Assembly: GCA_944392595.1 (NCBI GenBank)
Contig: CALXXD010000004.1
Coordinates: forward strand, 33,040-97,039
Direction of reading: 5' to 3'
Source of the DNA: an uncultured Alphaproteobacteria bacterium
GTDB lineage: Bacteria > Pseudomonadota > Alphaproteobacteria > Rs-D84
DNA length: 64,000 nucleotides
Made by a program: the position numbers and the translations under genes. Numbering within the stretch: the first letter of the stretch is position 1; every line of letters starts with the position of its first letter. Under the pieces are notes generated by a model. The model saw nothing but the letters and a program-made list of their open reading frames with translations. It was not told where the DNA came from and did not search any database. Below are positions 10,593 to 20,806 of this stretch, piece by piece.

Positions 10593-11438
10593 TTACTTTA
10601 TCAAATCATCTGGATTTAACGAAATATCAGACACGCGCGCGTGATCTGCGCCCTGCTTTGGTGCCAATTCGCCATTAACCCAAACATCAACACCACCCGC
10701 ATTACCGAACACAGCCTTATATCCATCGCCCGCCGGCACATAATAAATATCACCCGGCACCAAAACGCGACTGAATACAGTATTCCCACGTGAATCTTCA
10801 ACCTTTACCCAAGATTCACCCGTCGCCTGTAAAATCACATTGGCCGAATCCGCATTATCGGTACCAAAACGTTCGCGCACATCGGCATTAAATGGCAATT
10901 CCGCAGTCCCCGCACCATCAACCGCCACGGCCGCCACAGGTGACTGGGTTGGTGTTGCATCTTCACCCGACAAAGCCCAAATTGTTACCCCACCAATAAC
11001 AACCAACAGCGCAACCAATCCGCAAACAACCCAAATCCAACGCCGACGAACAAACGCCACAGTTGCGCCCCACGCACGACGCAACGCACTTTCTTTATCA
11101 CCCGCGCCATCCGCCACAGATTTATTGTCTTCATCCGCCATATCATCAACAATCAAACCCAATTCGCGTTTGACTTTATTCACAATTTCGTCCGGATCCA
11201 ACCCCAATTCCATTGCATAATTCCGCGCGAATCCCAAAATATACACGGTTTCAGGAATAACCTTGTAATCGCCATCTTCCAACGCCTGTAAAAATTCTTC
11301 ACGGATACATAACTGCTTTGATATTGTGGGGATTTCACGTTTGCGGCGCCCGGTCGTACGCGCATTACGCAAAATTTCACCCGCGGTCATTTCAGTATTA
11401 TTTTCATTATGAATTTCTGTTTTTTCGTTTTCGTTCAT
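10593..11438 (-). CDS. rodZ: Cytoskeleton protein RodZ (HTH + TM + DUF4115)
   Basis: AGEILRNAR..LCIREEFLQALEDG...YILGFARNYA..LGLD, a TM helix and SWVKVED...GNAGGVDV; start placed at ATG 11438 after GGAG. Confidence 0.88.
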   Translation of the reverse strand: MNENEKTEIHNENNTEMTAGEILRNARTTGRRKREIPTISKQLCIREEFLQALEDGDYKVIPETVYILGFARNYAMELGLDPDEIVNKVKRELGLIVDDMADEDNKSVADGAGDKESALRRAWGATVAFVRRRWIWVVCGLVALLVVIGGVTIWALSGEDATPTQSPVAAVAVDGAGTAELPFNADVRERFGTDNADSANVILQATGESWVKVEDSRGNTVFSRVLVPGDIYYVPAGDGYKAVFGNAGGVDVWVNGELAPKQGADHARVSDISLNPDDLIK

Positions 11439-11476
11439 ATTTGTAATCTCCCGAATATTTTTTTCAATCATAGAAT

Positions 11477-12400
11477 CTATATATTCAATTCGCAACCCCA
11501 AAATTCACAAATTTCGCGGCGCATGTCATCGGCATTTGAAATCTGATTTACACGAATTCTGAAATCCGCCGAATTCGGAATTCCAACAGAATACCAGGCC
11601 GCATGTTTGCGAAACATCTGGGTCGCGTTTTTTTCGCCGTAATATTCCAACATATATTCAAAATGTCGCAACGCCACCGCGCCGATATTCCCGGGCGCCA
11701 CGCATTCGCCAGCCAATTCGCCCAAAATCCATGGCCGCCCCAGCATTCCGCGCCCGATCATTACCCCCGAATACCCCAAACCACGCACGCGTGCAACATC
11801 AGCATCTGTTTTAATATCGCCATTACCAATAATCGGAATCGGCACATTTTCCAACCGCGGCAAATCAGACACACCATTATATAGTTGCGCCCGCGTACGC
11901 CCATGTAACGCGGCAAATTGTACCCCACAATCTGCGGCAATATGTATCAAATCAGCCCAATCACGATGGGCATCATCCCACCCCAATCGCGTTTTAATCG
12001 ACACAGGAATCCCAACCGCCGAAACAACCGCGCGCATAATTTTTTCAGCCAACCTATGATCACGCATTAAATTTGCACCCGCCCCACTGCGCGTTGCAAC
12101 CTTTGGCACGGGACACCCCATATTTATGTCAATCCAACTTGCACCCGCATCCTGTAAAATTCGTGCCGCATCCGCCATCAGTTCGGCATTCGCACCAAAA
12201 ATCTGGGCGCCAATGGGTGCCTCGTCATCATATCGGTCAAAATTACGCAGGCAATTTTTATGCGCCCCCACCAACGAATGGCACGAAATCATTTCAGTAT
12301 ATAGCGGCGCATTCGGAGAAAACATCCGCACAATACGGCGAAACGGCCTGTCTGTTACACCGGCCAATGGGGCGCCAAAAATTTGATTATTTACCAACAT
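11477..12400 (-). CDS. dusB: tRNA-dihydrouridine synthase (DusB-like)
   Basis: APLAGVTDRPFR, IDINMGCP, LHGRTRAQ, GNGDI and MIGRG motifs. Confidence 0.93.
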   Translation of the reverse strand: MLVNNQIFGAPLAGVTDRPFRRIVRMFSPNAPLYTEMISCHSLVGAHKNCLRNFDRYDDEAPIGAQIFGANAELMADAARILQDAGASWIDINMGCPVPKVATRSGAGANLMRDHRLAEKIMRAVVSAVGIPVSIKTRLGWDDAHRDWADLIHIAADCGVQFAALHGRTRAQLYNGVSDLPRLENVPIPIIGNGDIKTDADVARVRGLGYSGVMIGRGMLGRPWILGELAGECVAPGNIGAVALRHFEYMLEYYGEKNATQMFRKHAAWYSVGIPNSADFRIRVNQISNADDMRREICEFWGCELNI

Positions 12401-12419
12401 TTATGATATAATGCCACCG
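12401..12419. promoter_or_regulatory. Overlapping divergent extended -10 promoters for probable leaderless mRNAs
   Basis: On +, TGaTATAAT (-10 at 12407-12412) lies 7 nt before ATG 12420. On -, TGgCATTAT lies 7 nt before ATG 12400. No SD on either side. Confidence 0.6.
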
Positions 12420-12746
12420 ATGAAGGAAAAAATCAAAAATTTCTTTGGCTTTTTGGGGCGCGCTTGGTCGGATGGAATATACGGCAAATTCGGCATCGCG
12501 TTGCTGATACTTGCGATATATATGTTCATCCGTATGTTTTGGGGCGACGTCAATGTCCAACAATTTATCATAAACATCTGGCGTCTGGATGGCGAACAAG
12601 AACAATTGGCAACCGAACAAGCCGAGTTACGCGCAATACGCCGTCATATCGAATTATTACAGGGGTACAGTTCTGATTACGTCGAAGAATTGGGATTAAA
12701 ATATTTGAACATTGGCGACCCTGATTTCAAGATTTTGAAAATATAA
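12420..12746 (+). CDS. Septum formation initiator / FtsB-like protein
   Basis: One TM helix followed by a coiled coil and DYVEELGLKYLN (DivIC/FtsB pattern). Confidence 0.7.
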   Translation: MKEKIKNFFGFLGRAWSDGIYGKFGIALLILAIYMFIRMFWGDVNVQQFIINIWRLDGEQEQLATEQAELRAIRRHIELLQGYSSDYVEELGLKYLNIGDPDFKILKI

Positions 12747-12768
12747 AAATCCGCCAAACGGCGGATTT

Positions 12769-13239
12769 TTAATTCAAAAACACAACTGCACCATTCAAAT
12801 ACAACGCAAACACCAACCATAACAAATACGGCCACACCATGTAATACGCAGGCCGACTGATTGGCCGAAATGCGGTCATCATCCATACTGTCACGCCAAT
12901 CAACGCAATCAGCACAACCAACGCCGCCGCCATTAAATTCACACCAAAGAATAAATAAGACCACAACGCATTTAACACAACGTGCGCCCCAAACGCCCAA
13001 TAAGACATCGATTTGCTGTACCGCGTTCTATCAACAATAATTAAATATAACGCGATACCCAAAATCAGATACAAAATCGGCCATACAACCGCAAACACCC
13101 ACCCCGCCGGCATCACCGCGGGTTTTACCAACGCGTTATACCACACGTCAGACGCCCCATCCGGGGAAAACATCACACCTATAATCCCCGGCAAGAAAGA
13201 GATTACAATGGCCAAAACAAACAACCAAAATTTTTTCAT
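12769..13239 (-). CDS. tspO: TspO/MBR family tryptophan-rich sensory protein
   Basis: WYNALVKP..PAGWVFAVVWPILY, LNALWSYLFFG and PYLLWLVFALYLN motifs. Confidence 0.95.
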   Translation of the reverse strand: MKKFWLFVLAIVISFLPGIIGVMFSPDGASDVWYNALVKPAVMPAGWVFAVVWPILYLILGIALYLIIVDRTRYSKSMSYWAFGAHVVLNALWSYLFFGVNLMAAALVVLIALIGVTVWMMTAFRPISRPAYYMVWPYLLWLVFALYLNGAVVFLN

Positions 13240-13350
13240 TAAAAACTCCCTTTGTTTTTATATATGGCCATTATAACACGCGCACCCCCACAACGCCCCA
13301 GGTATGATTTCCCAATAAAAAAACGCCCACGGCGTATAACATTATTCATT

Positions 13351-13500
13351 CGCCCTGCAGGATTGCTGCGCCACCCGGCAAAATTTACCGGGTCAAACCG
13401 GCATAATGCGGTCCGCCCTTTTGCGGCGGTTCAAACTGCTTTTTCGCAGGTTCAAATCCTGGGGCTTGCTCAAAAATCAAACCGCCGTTTCCCGGCGGTT
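13351..13500. repeat. tRNA-derived palindromic element (tRIP-like) downstream of tRNA-Arg
   Basis: 13351-13364 cgccctgcaggatt duplicates the tRNA 3' part; an inverted T-arm copy gcaggttcaaatcctg lies near 13446-13461; several short hairpins. Confidence 0.6.
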
Positions 13501-13507
13501 AAATTTC

Positions 13508-13584
13508 TGGCGCGCCCTGCAGGATTCGAACCTGCGACCTGCGGATTAGAAATCCGATGCTCTATCCAGCTGGGCTAAGGGCGC
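13508..13584 (-). tRNA. tRNA-Arg(TCT)
   Basis: Reverse complement GCGCCCTTAGCCCAGCTGGATAGAGCATCGGATTTCTAATCCGCAGGTCGCAGGTTCGAATCCTGCAGGGCGCGCCA folds as a cloverleaf with anticodon TCT and an encoded CCA. Confidence 0.97.
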
Positions 13585-13657
13585 GTTGCGCATATCTTAC
13601 AACATATTCCAGGAAATTTCAAGCCAACATAAAAAATCGCCCAAACGGGCGATTTTT

Positions 13658-14296
13658 TTAATCATTTACCAATCTTTTCAATTTTAATATTTCAATGTAC
13701 ATATACACATCCGCCGCGGCATACAGTAATAATGTTATGGCCAAATAATACACCATAACAACTGCGCCCGCCATAGGATAGAACAGTAAAAATACCGCCA
13801 GCGCAATCAGTATAATTGACATAATCAAATCAAACCAATAATTGCCAAACCGCGCGCGTATCATGTTTATCGAGAATATCAGCGACAAAATCGCACGCAA
13901 CGCAAACAAGATTACAAATATATAAACCAACGCCGCGACCGATCCAACCGGATATATACAGAACAATACACCCAACACAACCGTCAGCAATCCGAACACC
14001 ACATCGAACCATCCGCCACCCATGTCACGCGAAACAACGAAACCTGCGATTGTGCGATACAATCCGAACAACACCAAAGCCACACCAATCACCAACGTCA
14101 GCGCAGTTAAAATCGCAACCGGTTTAATCACCATCAGTATTGCCGCCACGCCAAACAACAACGCTTCGCATATCAGCAAAGGCGCACTTTTGTTATACAA
14201 ACGTTTAACCGACGACGCGATTGGATTATAATTCGCCGCGCGCGACGTGCGACGTGATTTTACAGATTTTGTTTTTTCAGACTTTGATTTTGGCAT
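13658..14296 (-). CDS. HdeD/DUF308 family membrane protein
   Basis: Six TM segments in a repeated DUF308-like pattern; SD AAGGGAG before ATG 14296. Confidence 0.75.
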   Translation of the reverse strand: MPKSKSEKTKSVKSRRTSRAANYNPIASSVKRLYNKSAPLLICEALLFGVAAILMVIKPVAILTALTLVIGVALVLFGLYRTIAGFVVSRDMGGGWFDVVFGLLTVVLGVLFCIYPVGSVAALVYIFVILFALRAILSLIFSINMIRARFGNYWFDLIMSIILIALAVFLLFYPMAGAVVMVYYLAITLLLYAAADVYMYIEILKLKRLVND

Positions 14297-14375
14297 TATA
14301 AAACTCCCTTCCTTGGACACAAAGAATTATAATACCATTCGCCAAAAAATTCAACCATACATTTATGGGAAACTT

Positions 14376-15176
14376 TTACCGCGACTTTTGATTATCACGC
14401 GCAACAGCCTTCAAAATTCTTTCCATCGTATCAGATGGCAGACTGGATGTAATCGCAATCGTGTATTTATCTTTGCCGGTTTTCAAGTCTTTTCCAGGCA
14501 TCAGACGCTTATATTCTTCTGCTGAAATATCGGTTACATACGGAACAATTTTTCGCCCCAATGTCCATAAATACGAATCCAGTTCTTTATATTCCACAAC
14601 TCTGCAAAATCTGTTTATATATTTGCAGTATTCCATATAGTTATAATTTTTGCGTGTTTTTGATACAAGATTCGTGCCTTTATTTCTGTACCAAAAATCC
14701 AACAGCCCGGCAACCAAACTGTCATAAATTGGGAATTTATCATCATGAAACCGATACCGCGATATAATGGAAAAATATTTAGACGTAAATGAAAACGCCA
14801 CACTGCGCAACACGGGCACCCCATGCTCATCATGTTTTTCGCGTGCATCAACTTGGTCTTTTATCACGCTTTGAACAACATTTTTGTCACCACTGTCCAT
14901 CGCGCCCAAAATATCGCCATGGCGGTTATACAAAATTTTCGACAAAGCATAACAATCGTCCCCACCCATACGAGTACTGTAAAACGAGTTAATCAACGTG
15001 ACCATGTGATAAACGTCTTCAAATTTTGAATTTTTGTTAATTAAAGAATTCGCGACATCACCCAACACCCGTTCATCACAGGCATACCGCCCACTCAACG
15101 GATTTTCTTTATTAAAGCGCCGAATGGTATCAGCGTTAATGATTAAATTTTCTTTTTTATCGTCCCAGTATTTCAT
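14376..15176 (-). CDS. Hypothetical protein, probable HhH DNA-glycosylase-like fold
   Basis: LINSFYST...SFTSKY...FPIYDSLV...KELDSYLW pattern matches a widespread uncharacterised family (SFAxKY..YPIYDSxV). Confidence 0.55.
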   Translation of the reverse strand: MKYWDDKKENLIINADTIRRFNKENPLSGRYACDERVLGDVANSLINKNSKFEDVYHMVTLINSFYSTRMGGDDCYALSKILYNRHGDILGAMDSGDKNVVQSVIKDQVDAREKHDEHGVPVLRSVAFSFTSKYFSIISRYRFHDDKFPIYDSLVAGLLDFWYRNKGTNLVSKTRKNYNYMEYCKYINRFCRVVEYKELDSYLWTLGRKIVPYVTDISAEEYKRLMPGKDLKTGKDKYTIAITSSLPSDTMERILKAVARDNQKSR

Positions 15177-15270
15177 AACACCACCATATTTTTATACTAA
15201 AAACAGTCTAGACAAAATAACAAAATTGTCAAGTATTATAACACCCCGCCCCACAAAAATCCGAAATCGA

Positions 15271-16476
15271 CTATAAATTTTTTATCTTAAATACTTTGTT
15301 CAGTGGTATAAGAATAAACACCACCAATACTAAAAATATTATTGTTGTTGCCGCCACACCAAAATTACTTAACAACGGCTTTGCCGCCATCAACACCACA
15401 CCAGATATTCCCATATTAAACATTGAACTTACACTTAATACTGTGCCGCGCTCGTTTGATTGAATTCTGTGATGTATATAATCATTAAAGACCAACACAC
15501 ACATCGTCTGAACGGCGGGGATAATCGCAACCATTCCGCATATTGCATACACCAGCGGCATCATAAACCCATTTGAATTTATCATCAAAAGCACCGCAGA
15601 AAACCCCAGCACCAACGCCCCAACACAACCCAACAATAACCTTTTGGCACCCAAAGCATTCAGAATTTTATGTGCAAATTTGGAAAACAATACCCTGCTT
15701 CCTTGATTGACGGCAAAGAACACCCCAAACAATGCAACAGGTACCAAAGCCAACTCCATCGCCGGCTGCAACAACCATAATAATACTATCGTAAATGTTG
15801 AATATATCGCAGGAAACAACATCAACCACTTTATTTCTGGATGTTTCACAGACATCTTTACTATACCAAGACAATCTTTCAGTGGGCTTGCCTCTGGTAC
15901 AACTTTACGCCTGACTTCTTTGATTTCCGGCAAAAACAGCATCAACAAAAATCCAAAGAATACTACAAACGCCTCTACACCCAACAATACATTCTCGCCC
16001 CGTGCCAACAATACCCCGCCTATGACCATGGAAATAAACGCCCCCACTTGCGCAAATGACTTTATTGAACCATTTTCTTTCACATATTGATTTTCCTTAC
16101 CGTCTCGCTTTAACAGGTCATACACATAGGCTTCACCCGTACCAGAAAGTAGTGCGTCGGCCATTCCCATAAGTGACTCACAAACCACAACAGCCCAAAA
16201 TCCCTGGGCCCATATCAATAAAAGCATTCCCAAAAATTGTAAAAGCGCGGCCAAAACCATAATTTTCTTTCTAGAAAAAACGTCGGCCAAATAACCACTG
16301 GGTATTTCAAACAAAAACGCCGCTATTCTGAAAATTCCCTGAATTAAAAAGAAATCCGCCAACGAAACACCCTTGCCCAAATACACCAACGTGATGACAG
16401 GAATTAACGGCATAAAATAGAGGCAAAATCTAGATAATTTTAATATCAGCAACGCGCCAGCATTAGACATTTTCAT
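15271..16476 (-). CDS. MFS transporter (efflux-like)
   Basis: About 12 TM segments; FEIPSGYLADVFSRKK motif A; SGT.EA.VYD. Confidence 0.92.
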   Translation of the reverse strand: MKMSNAGALLILKLSRFCLYFMPLIPVITLVYLGKGVSLADFFLIQGIFRIAAFLFEIPSGYLADVFSRKKIMVLAALLQFLGMLLLIWAQGFWAVVVCESLMGMADALLSGTGEAYVYDLLKRDGKENQYVKENGSIKSFAQVGAFISMVIGGVLLARGENVLLGVEAFVVFFGFLLMLFLPEIKEVRRKVVPEASPLKDCLGIVKMSVKHPEIKWLMLFPAIYSTFTIVLLWLLQPAMELALVPVALFGVFFAVNQGSRVLFSKFAHKILNALGAKRLLLGCVGALVLGFSAVLLMINSNGFMMPLVYAICGMVAIIPAVQTMCVLVFNDYIHHRIQSNERGTVLSVSSMFNMGISGVVLMAAKPLLSNFGVAATTIIFLVLVVFILIPLNKVFKIKNL

Positions 16477-16516
16477 CTCGTTATTTTATTTAATACAACC
16501 TTGTCAAAGAATATTT

Positions 16517-17092
16517 TTACACAATACTTGACCTGTTTTTTTCCAATTTTATTGCATTATCTTCATTAACAATTGCAAAAACCGCTGTATCACAGAAATG
16601 ATTTACCGATTTCATAAATACATCTTTCTTCATTATGCCCTCACAAACAAAACCCACTTTTTCTGCCAACTTCATACTTGGAATATTTTCTGTTGCACAT
16701 TCTATTTTTATACGAACGAACCCAGCTCTAATAAGTTCTGTTACCAAAAGTTTGACCGCTTCTGTCATATAACCATGTTCGGCATATTCTGGATTTATCT
16801 CGTACCCTAACTGGCACGCCATTCGCCATGTACTGACATCCCAACAATTTACAGTACCGATGATTCTGTCACCAAGAAAAATAGTATAATAAAAATCTTT
16901 GCGGTTTTTATCACTGTTTAATTCGGTAAAATAATCAAAAATTTCTTTTTCACTTTTCCAACAACTATTCTGCCATTTCATAAAGAAATCTTGATTATCT
17001 TTGACATATTGCCACACAGCACTGGCATGCGACGATAAAGAACGGCGCAATTGCACCCGTTCACCCTTTATATAATCTGGTAAGATATTCAT
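16517..17092 (-). CDS. GNAT acetyltransferase, RimJ/RimL family
   Basis: LGYEINPEYAEHGYMTEAV and ENIPSMKLAEKVGFVCEG motifs. Confidence 0.9.
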   Translation of the reverse strand: MNILPDYIKGERVQLRRSLSSHASAVWQYVKDNQDFFMKWQNSCWKSEKEIFDYFTELNSDKNRKDFYYTIFLGDRIIGTVNCWDVSTWRMACQLGYEINPEYAEHGYMTEAVKLLVTELIRAGFVRIKIECATENIPSMKLAEKVGFVCEGIMKKDVFMKSVNHFCDTAVFAIVNEDNAIKLEKNRSSIV

Positions 17093-17116
17093 TTAGCAGC
17101 ACTCTTTGCCAAAAGA

Positions 17117-17178
17117 ATAACAAAAAAACATGTTAAAATCTATTTATTTTCACCACACAAAATCGACTAAAACACATA
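17117..17178. repeat. 62 bp perfect direct repeat, copy 1 (carries a candidate - strand promoter TAGATT-17-TATTCT)
   Basis: Identical to 27242-27303. Confidence 0.95.
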
Positions 17179-17450
17179 ACACCACACAATAAGGAACAGG
17201 GAAAAACAGGGATTTTTTGCAAAAAACGGACATTTTGATCAAAACTCACACAACCTGCACTAGAATCTACCCGTGGCTTTCTAAGCGCTTACGCCCTACC
17301 TGCCCCAAATTTCCCTACAAAAATAACAGGGGATTTTTTATAACATATCAGGGAACTCCCAGCGAATAACAGGGAAAACTTAAAATTTATATTACAACAC
17401 CAAAATATTATGCTAGGATTACACTTAAATAAGAATCAAGGTACATAAAA

Positions 17451-18080
17451 ATGAAACTGCTTTTTATGCGCCACGGCGAAAGTAAATCACAAGCCAAATT
17501 GGTGCAAAACTCTGATCCAGACATTTTAAATAATTTGACGAGTGACGGTGCACAACAAGTAAAAGATGCATCAAAAATTTTCAACGGGAAACTAAATGCT
17601 GTATATTCTTCCCCATACATCCGCACCAAGGAAACTGCACAAATCTTTCTTGATACAATCAAACAAACATTATCTATCATTACAGACGAAAGATTACGCG
17701 AAATAGATTACGGCTTTCATGGCGGTGACACAAAAAAACACCCAGAAATGATAGAAGTTGCTACTAAACAAATTGCCGGGGATTATGAAATCAGATTTGG
17801 GCGCACAGGTGAAAACAAAAGGGAAATAGTCACACGTTTCTTCAATTTTATGATAGATATATTTAACAAGCATGATACAGACGATACAATACTTGCAATA
17901 ACTCACGGCCGCGCAATTTCAATAATTGAATACGAGTTCTGTAAAATCAATAATATTACATGCGAGCTTAGCGGAACAAAGAACGCACAAATTAAAGAAA
18001 TTATACTAACCGACGACAGAATAAACAAAGCCGAACAACACTTACAATCTATAAACAAAGTAAAAAACACAATTATATAG
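17451..18080 (+). CDS. Histidine phosphatase (phosphoglycerate mutase family)
   Basis: RHGES, SSPYIRTKETA, LREIDYG and THG motifs. Confidence 0.92.
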   Translation: MKLLFMRHGESKSQAKLVQNSDPDILNNLTSDGAQQVKDASKIFNGKLNAVYSSPYIRTKETAQIFLDTIKQTLSIITDERLREIDYGFHGGDTKKHPEMIEVATKQIAGDYEIRFGRTGENKREIVTRFFNFMIDIFNKHDTDDTILAITHGRAISIIEYEFCKINNITCELSGTKNAQIKEIILTDDRINKAEQHLQSINKVKNTII

Positions 18081-18197
18081 CCGTATAAAAAACTATAATA
18101 CGTTGTACCACCATTTTATTTGCGCTGTTTTTTACACGCGCACCAACCATGACACAACGAATTTATTGAATTTTTTGTTACAAGTGATACAATAAAA

Positions 18198-18746
18198 ATG
18201 ATGAATAAAAACTTACATAAAACTCTTTATCATGGTTCTGGCATAAAAATAACTGATGGGGTTATCCATGCGAAACCGGCACATATAAACCATATGCAAA
18301 CAGAAGTTACTGCTGTATTTGCAACTTCTGATTTCATACATGCTAAAAGTTACGCGATTATGCGATTGGTTGGTAATGGTTGGCTAACGCCGTATGAAAG
18401 AAATGGTGTATACGTCCAGGAATTAAATCCAAATATTCCCCCCAAGGCGTATGTTTATGAACTGGATTCCATCGGTTTTAAACAGGATACAGATGGTAAT
18501 TATTATTGTTTAACAGACAAACGGATAAACAAGGTTATCGAGATTGATGTTATGCAGGAAATCACAAACGGCAATATCAAAATATATGTTTTGAAAGATA
18601 AATTTAATACACCAAATATATCCGGGGTCGAATGGCACGAATTTGTTAAAGACAAAAACAACTTTGAATTGTATAAACCGGATTCCAACGGGGTTAATTT
18701 ATCCGTTTTGACCAAAATGTTGAAAAGTAAGTCGAATATCGTATAA
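18198..18746 (+). CDS. Hypothetical protein with a probable ADP-ribosyltransferase-like fold
   Basis: LYHGS...AVFATSD..HAKSYA...YVYEL pattern of H-Y-type ARTs (Arr-like). Confidence 0.5.
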   Translation: MMNKNLHKTLYHGSGIKITDGVIHAKPAHINHMQTEVTAVFATSDFIHAKSYAIMRLVGNGWLTPYERNGVYVQELNPNIPPKAYVYELDSIGFKQDTDGNYYCLTDKRINKVIEIDVMQEITNGNIKIYVLKDKFNTPNISGVEWHEFVKDKNNFELYKPDSNGVNLSVLTKMLKSKSNIV

Positions 18747-18771
18747 GTAATGAATTTTTTGGGTAATATTA

Positions 18772-19572
18772 ATGAAATATGTACCAGATTTAACTTTGTT
18801 GGATTCTTGGTCAGATGTAAAATCGCATTTGCGTTCGCCGGCGTTGGCGGTGTTTGAATTTGATAATAAAAAATTAATTTATTGCGGAACGAAACACGGC
18901 GCAGACAAGTCCTTTAAATTAATAGATAAATGTTTTTCTGATTTTGATATTGATTGTGTGGTCACGGAATACAGTCGTAAAGCAACATTAATGCCAAATG
19001 CCGGTAAAATCACAACTAAAAATGAACTGGAATATGCGGCACTGCTTGGTATGCGCGCAGGTCTAGATGTTGTCTTTGCCGATACTGCTAAAACAGATTG
19101 GATTTCTGATTTGGTTGCATTGTCGCCGGATTATGCACATAAAATGCAGACATTTTTTATGTTGAACGATGCGCATCTTTACAAAAAAACATTTAATGAA
19201 AATTTTTCTATTAATCGCGCGATTAAAAATGTTATTCATAAGTTCTGGAATGACGATTTTCCAAAGCCGATGAATGAATCAGAATTCAAAAAATACTTTT
19301 TACAGAATTTTGACATTAAAATCACAGACGATAATATCAGTGATATGTTGGCCGAACATCCAAAGTGGAACGAACCAAACAAACAAGGCAACCTGATAAA
19401 TAAATTGCATGCCGATATAAATTTATATTCGCGCGATCCATATATGATAAAATGCATTTTTAATGCGGTGAATTCTCATAATTGCGTGCTGGCAACATTT
19501 GGCGCGGGACATTTTGACGATGCACGCCGCGTTTTGGAACATTCATTTGGCACACCAAAGATAATAGGCTAA
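18772..19572 (+). CDS. Hypothetical protein (possible TraB/Tiki-like hydrolase fold)
   Basis: 266 aa ORF; GTKH near the N-terminus, VVTE, and RD..M...FGAGH near the C-terminus. Confidence 0.55.
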   Translation: MKYVPDLTLLDSWSDVKSHLRSPALAVFEFDNKKLIYCGTKHGADKSFKLIDKCFSDFDIDCVVTEYSRKATLMPNAGKITTKNELEYAALLGMRAGLDVVFADTAKTDWISDLVALSPDYAHKMQTFFMLNDAHLYKKTFNENFSINRAIKNVIHKFWNDDFPKPMNESEFKKYFLQNFDIKITDDNISDMLAEHPKWNEPNKQGNLINKLHADINLYSRDPYMIKCIFNAVNSHNCVLATFGAGHFDDARRVLEHSFGTPKIIG

Positions 19573-19614
19573 CCCACATACGCCGTACGATAATTTGAAA
19601 ATCGATTATAATTT

Positions 19615-19668
19615 TTATAAATTTTTTATCTCAAATACTTTTTTCAATGGTATAAGAATAAGCACTAC
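19615..19668 (-). pseudogene. 3' remnant of a paralog of the island MFS gene
   Basis: Encodes VVLILIPLKKVFEIKNL* versus VVFILIPLNKVFKIKNL* at 15271-15324. Confidence 0.8.
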
Positions 19669-19777
19669 CCACGGCACATACAACAACAAACAGAAAATTT
19701 GATAAAACAACAGCGAAACCATTTTTACATTGTTTTTTGGGCGATATGTGATACTTTTCGAAAAAAGGAGCCCCAAC

Positions 19778-20125
19778 ATGCCGCAACAGACCAACCCCTC
19801 TGACTATCTGAACAAAATTGTATCTGTTGTTATGGACAGGCCATTGGGCACAAAGCACCCCAAACATGGCTTTGTGTACGAAGTAAATTACGGCTATATT
19901 CCAAACACAGTTTCTGGTGACGGCGAAGAGCTTGACGCATATGTTTTAGGCATAGACAAACCACTAAAAGAATTCACAGGACGTTGTGTAGCAATTATTC
20001 ACCGTACAAACGATAACGATGATAAACTGATAGTTGTTCCGGACGGCTTAAAGATAACAAACCAATTCATAGAACAAAAAACTAAATTCCAAGAACAATG
20101 GTTCAAACATGAGATTATTAGATAG
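19778..20125 (+). CDS. Small inorganic pyrophosphatase (family I-like)
   Basis: DRPLGTKHP..YEVNYGYIP...DGEELDAY...DDKL motifs; AAGGAG SD before ATG 19778. Confidence 0.88.
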   Translation: MPQQTNPSDYLNKIVSVVMDRPLGTKHPKHGFVYEVNYGYIPNTVSGDGEELDAYVLGIDKPLKEFTGRCVAIIHRTNDNDDKLIVVPDGLKITNQFIEQKTKFQEQWFKHEIIR

Positions 20126-20158
20126 TCTTACATAAAAATTAAAATTACGAAACCTATC

Positions 20159-20455
20159 TTACCGCGCTTTATATTTATCACAAAGTGTCGCTATTTTACG
20201 TGCTGCACGCATCATCTCGCTGTGGAATCGTTTTAACTCATACGTAGAAACGCAATTTTCTTCTTTTTCAGATATTTTCCACGTACCATCTTTACATAAA
20301 AACTCTTTTATTTGTTCACCACCTATGGTTGGGCAAGCCACCCTTTTTTCATCTTCATCATAATAGACATCAAAACCGAACTTACAATGTTCTTCACACC
20401 CCGTACAAAAATCGCAAACATCCGTATTTATTTTCTTTTCCTGCGTGAATCCCAT
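20159..20455 (-). CDS. Hypothetical Cys-motif protein
   Basis: CDFCTGCEEHC motif; AAAGG SD; ends KYKAR. Confidence 0.65.
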   Translation of the reverse strand: MGFTQEKKINTDVCDFCTGCEEHCKFGFDVYYDEDEKRVACPTIGGEQIKEFLCKDGTWKISEKEENCVSTYELKRFHSEMMRAARKIATLCDKYKAR

Positions 20456-20653
20456 ATTTTTACCTTTTTTTTCAAAAAAATATTACAAATACGTACATTT
20501 GTCAACTCAAAAACGCCCTACATCTCAAATTGACTGTCATAAAATGTCATATCTGAAATTTGGGCGGATTTGGCAATTGTAAAATCACATACCGTGCATT
20601 TTTGAATATAAAACCCCGCATTTTCGGCGCAAGCAGCATATTTTAATCGGGGC

Positions 20654-20806
20654 GAATCCGAGTATATGAGAACAAGCGTCAGCGCCGTTCGAATAACTAC
20701 GAGGATACCCACAGGCATAAGCCGAGGGAATCCGAGTATATAAGAACAAGCCCTGCGCAGTTCGCATAAATACGAGGATACACGCAGGTCGCAACGCGAC
20801 CGAGTG
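20654..20806. repeat. Structured palindromic repeat family A, 2 units
   Basis: GAATCCGAGTA...TACGAGGATAC units at 20654-20708 and 20728-20781, near-identical to 32297-32382. Confidence 0.9.
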
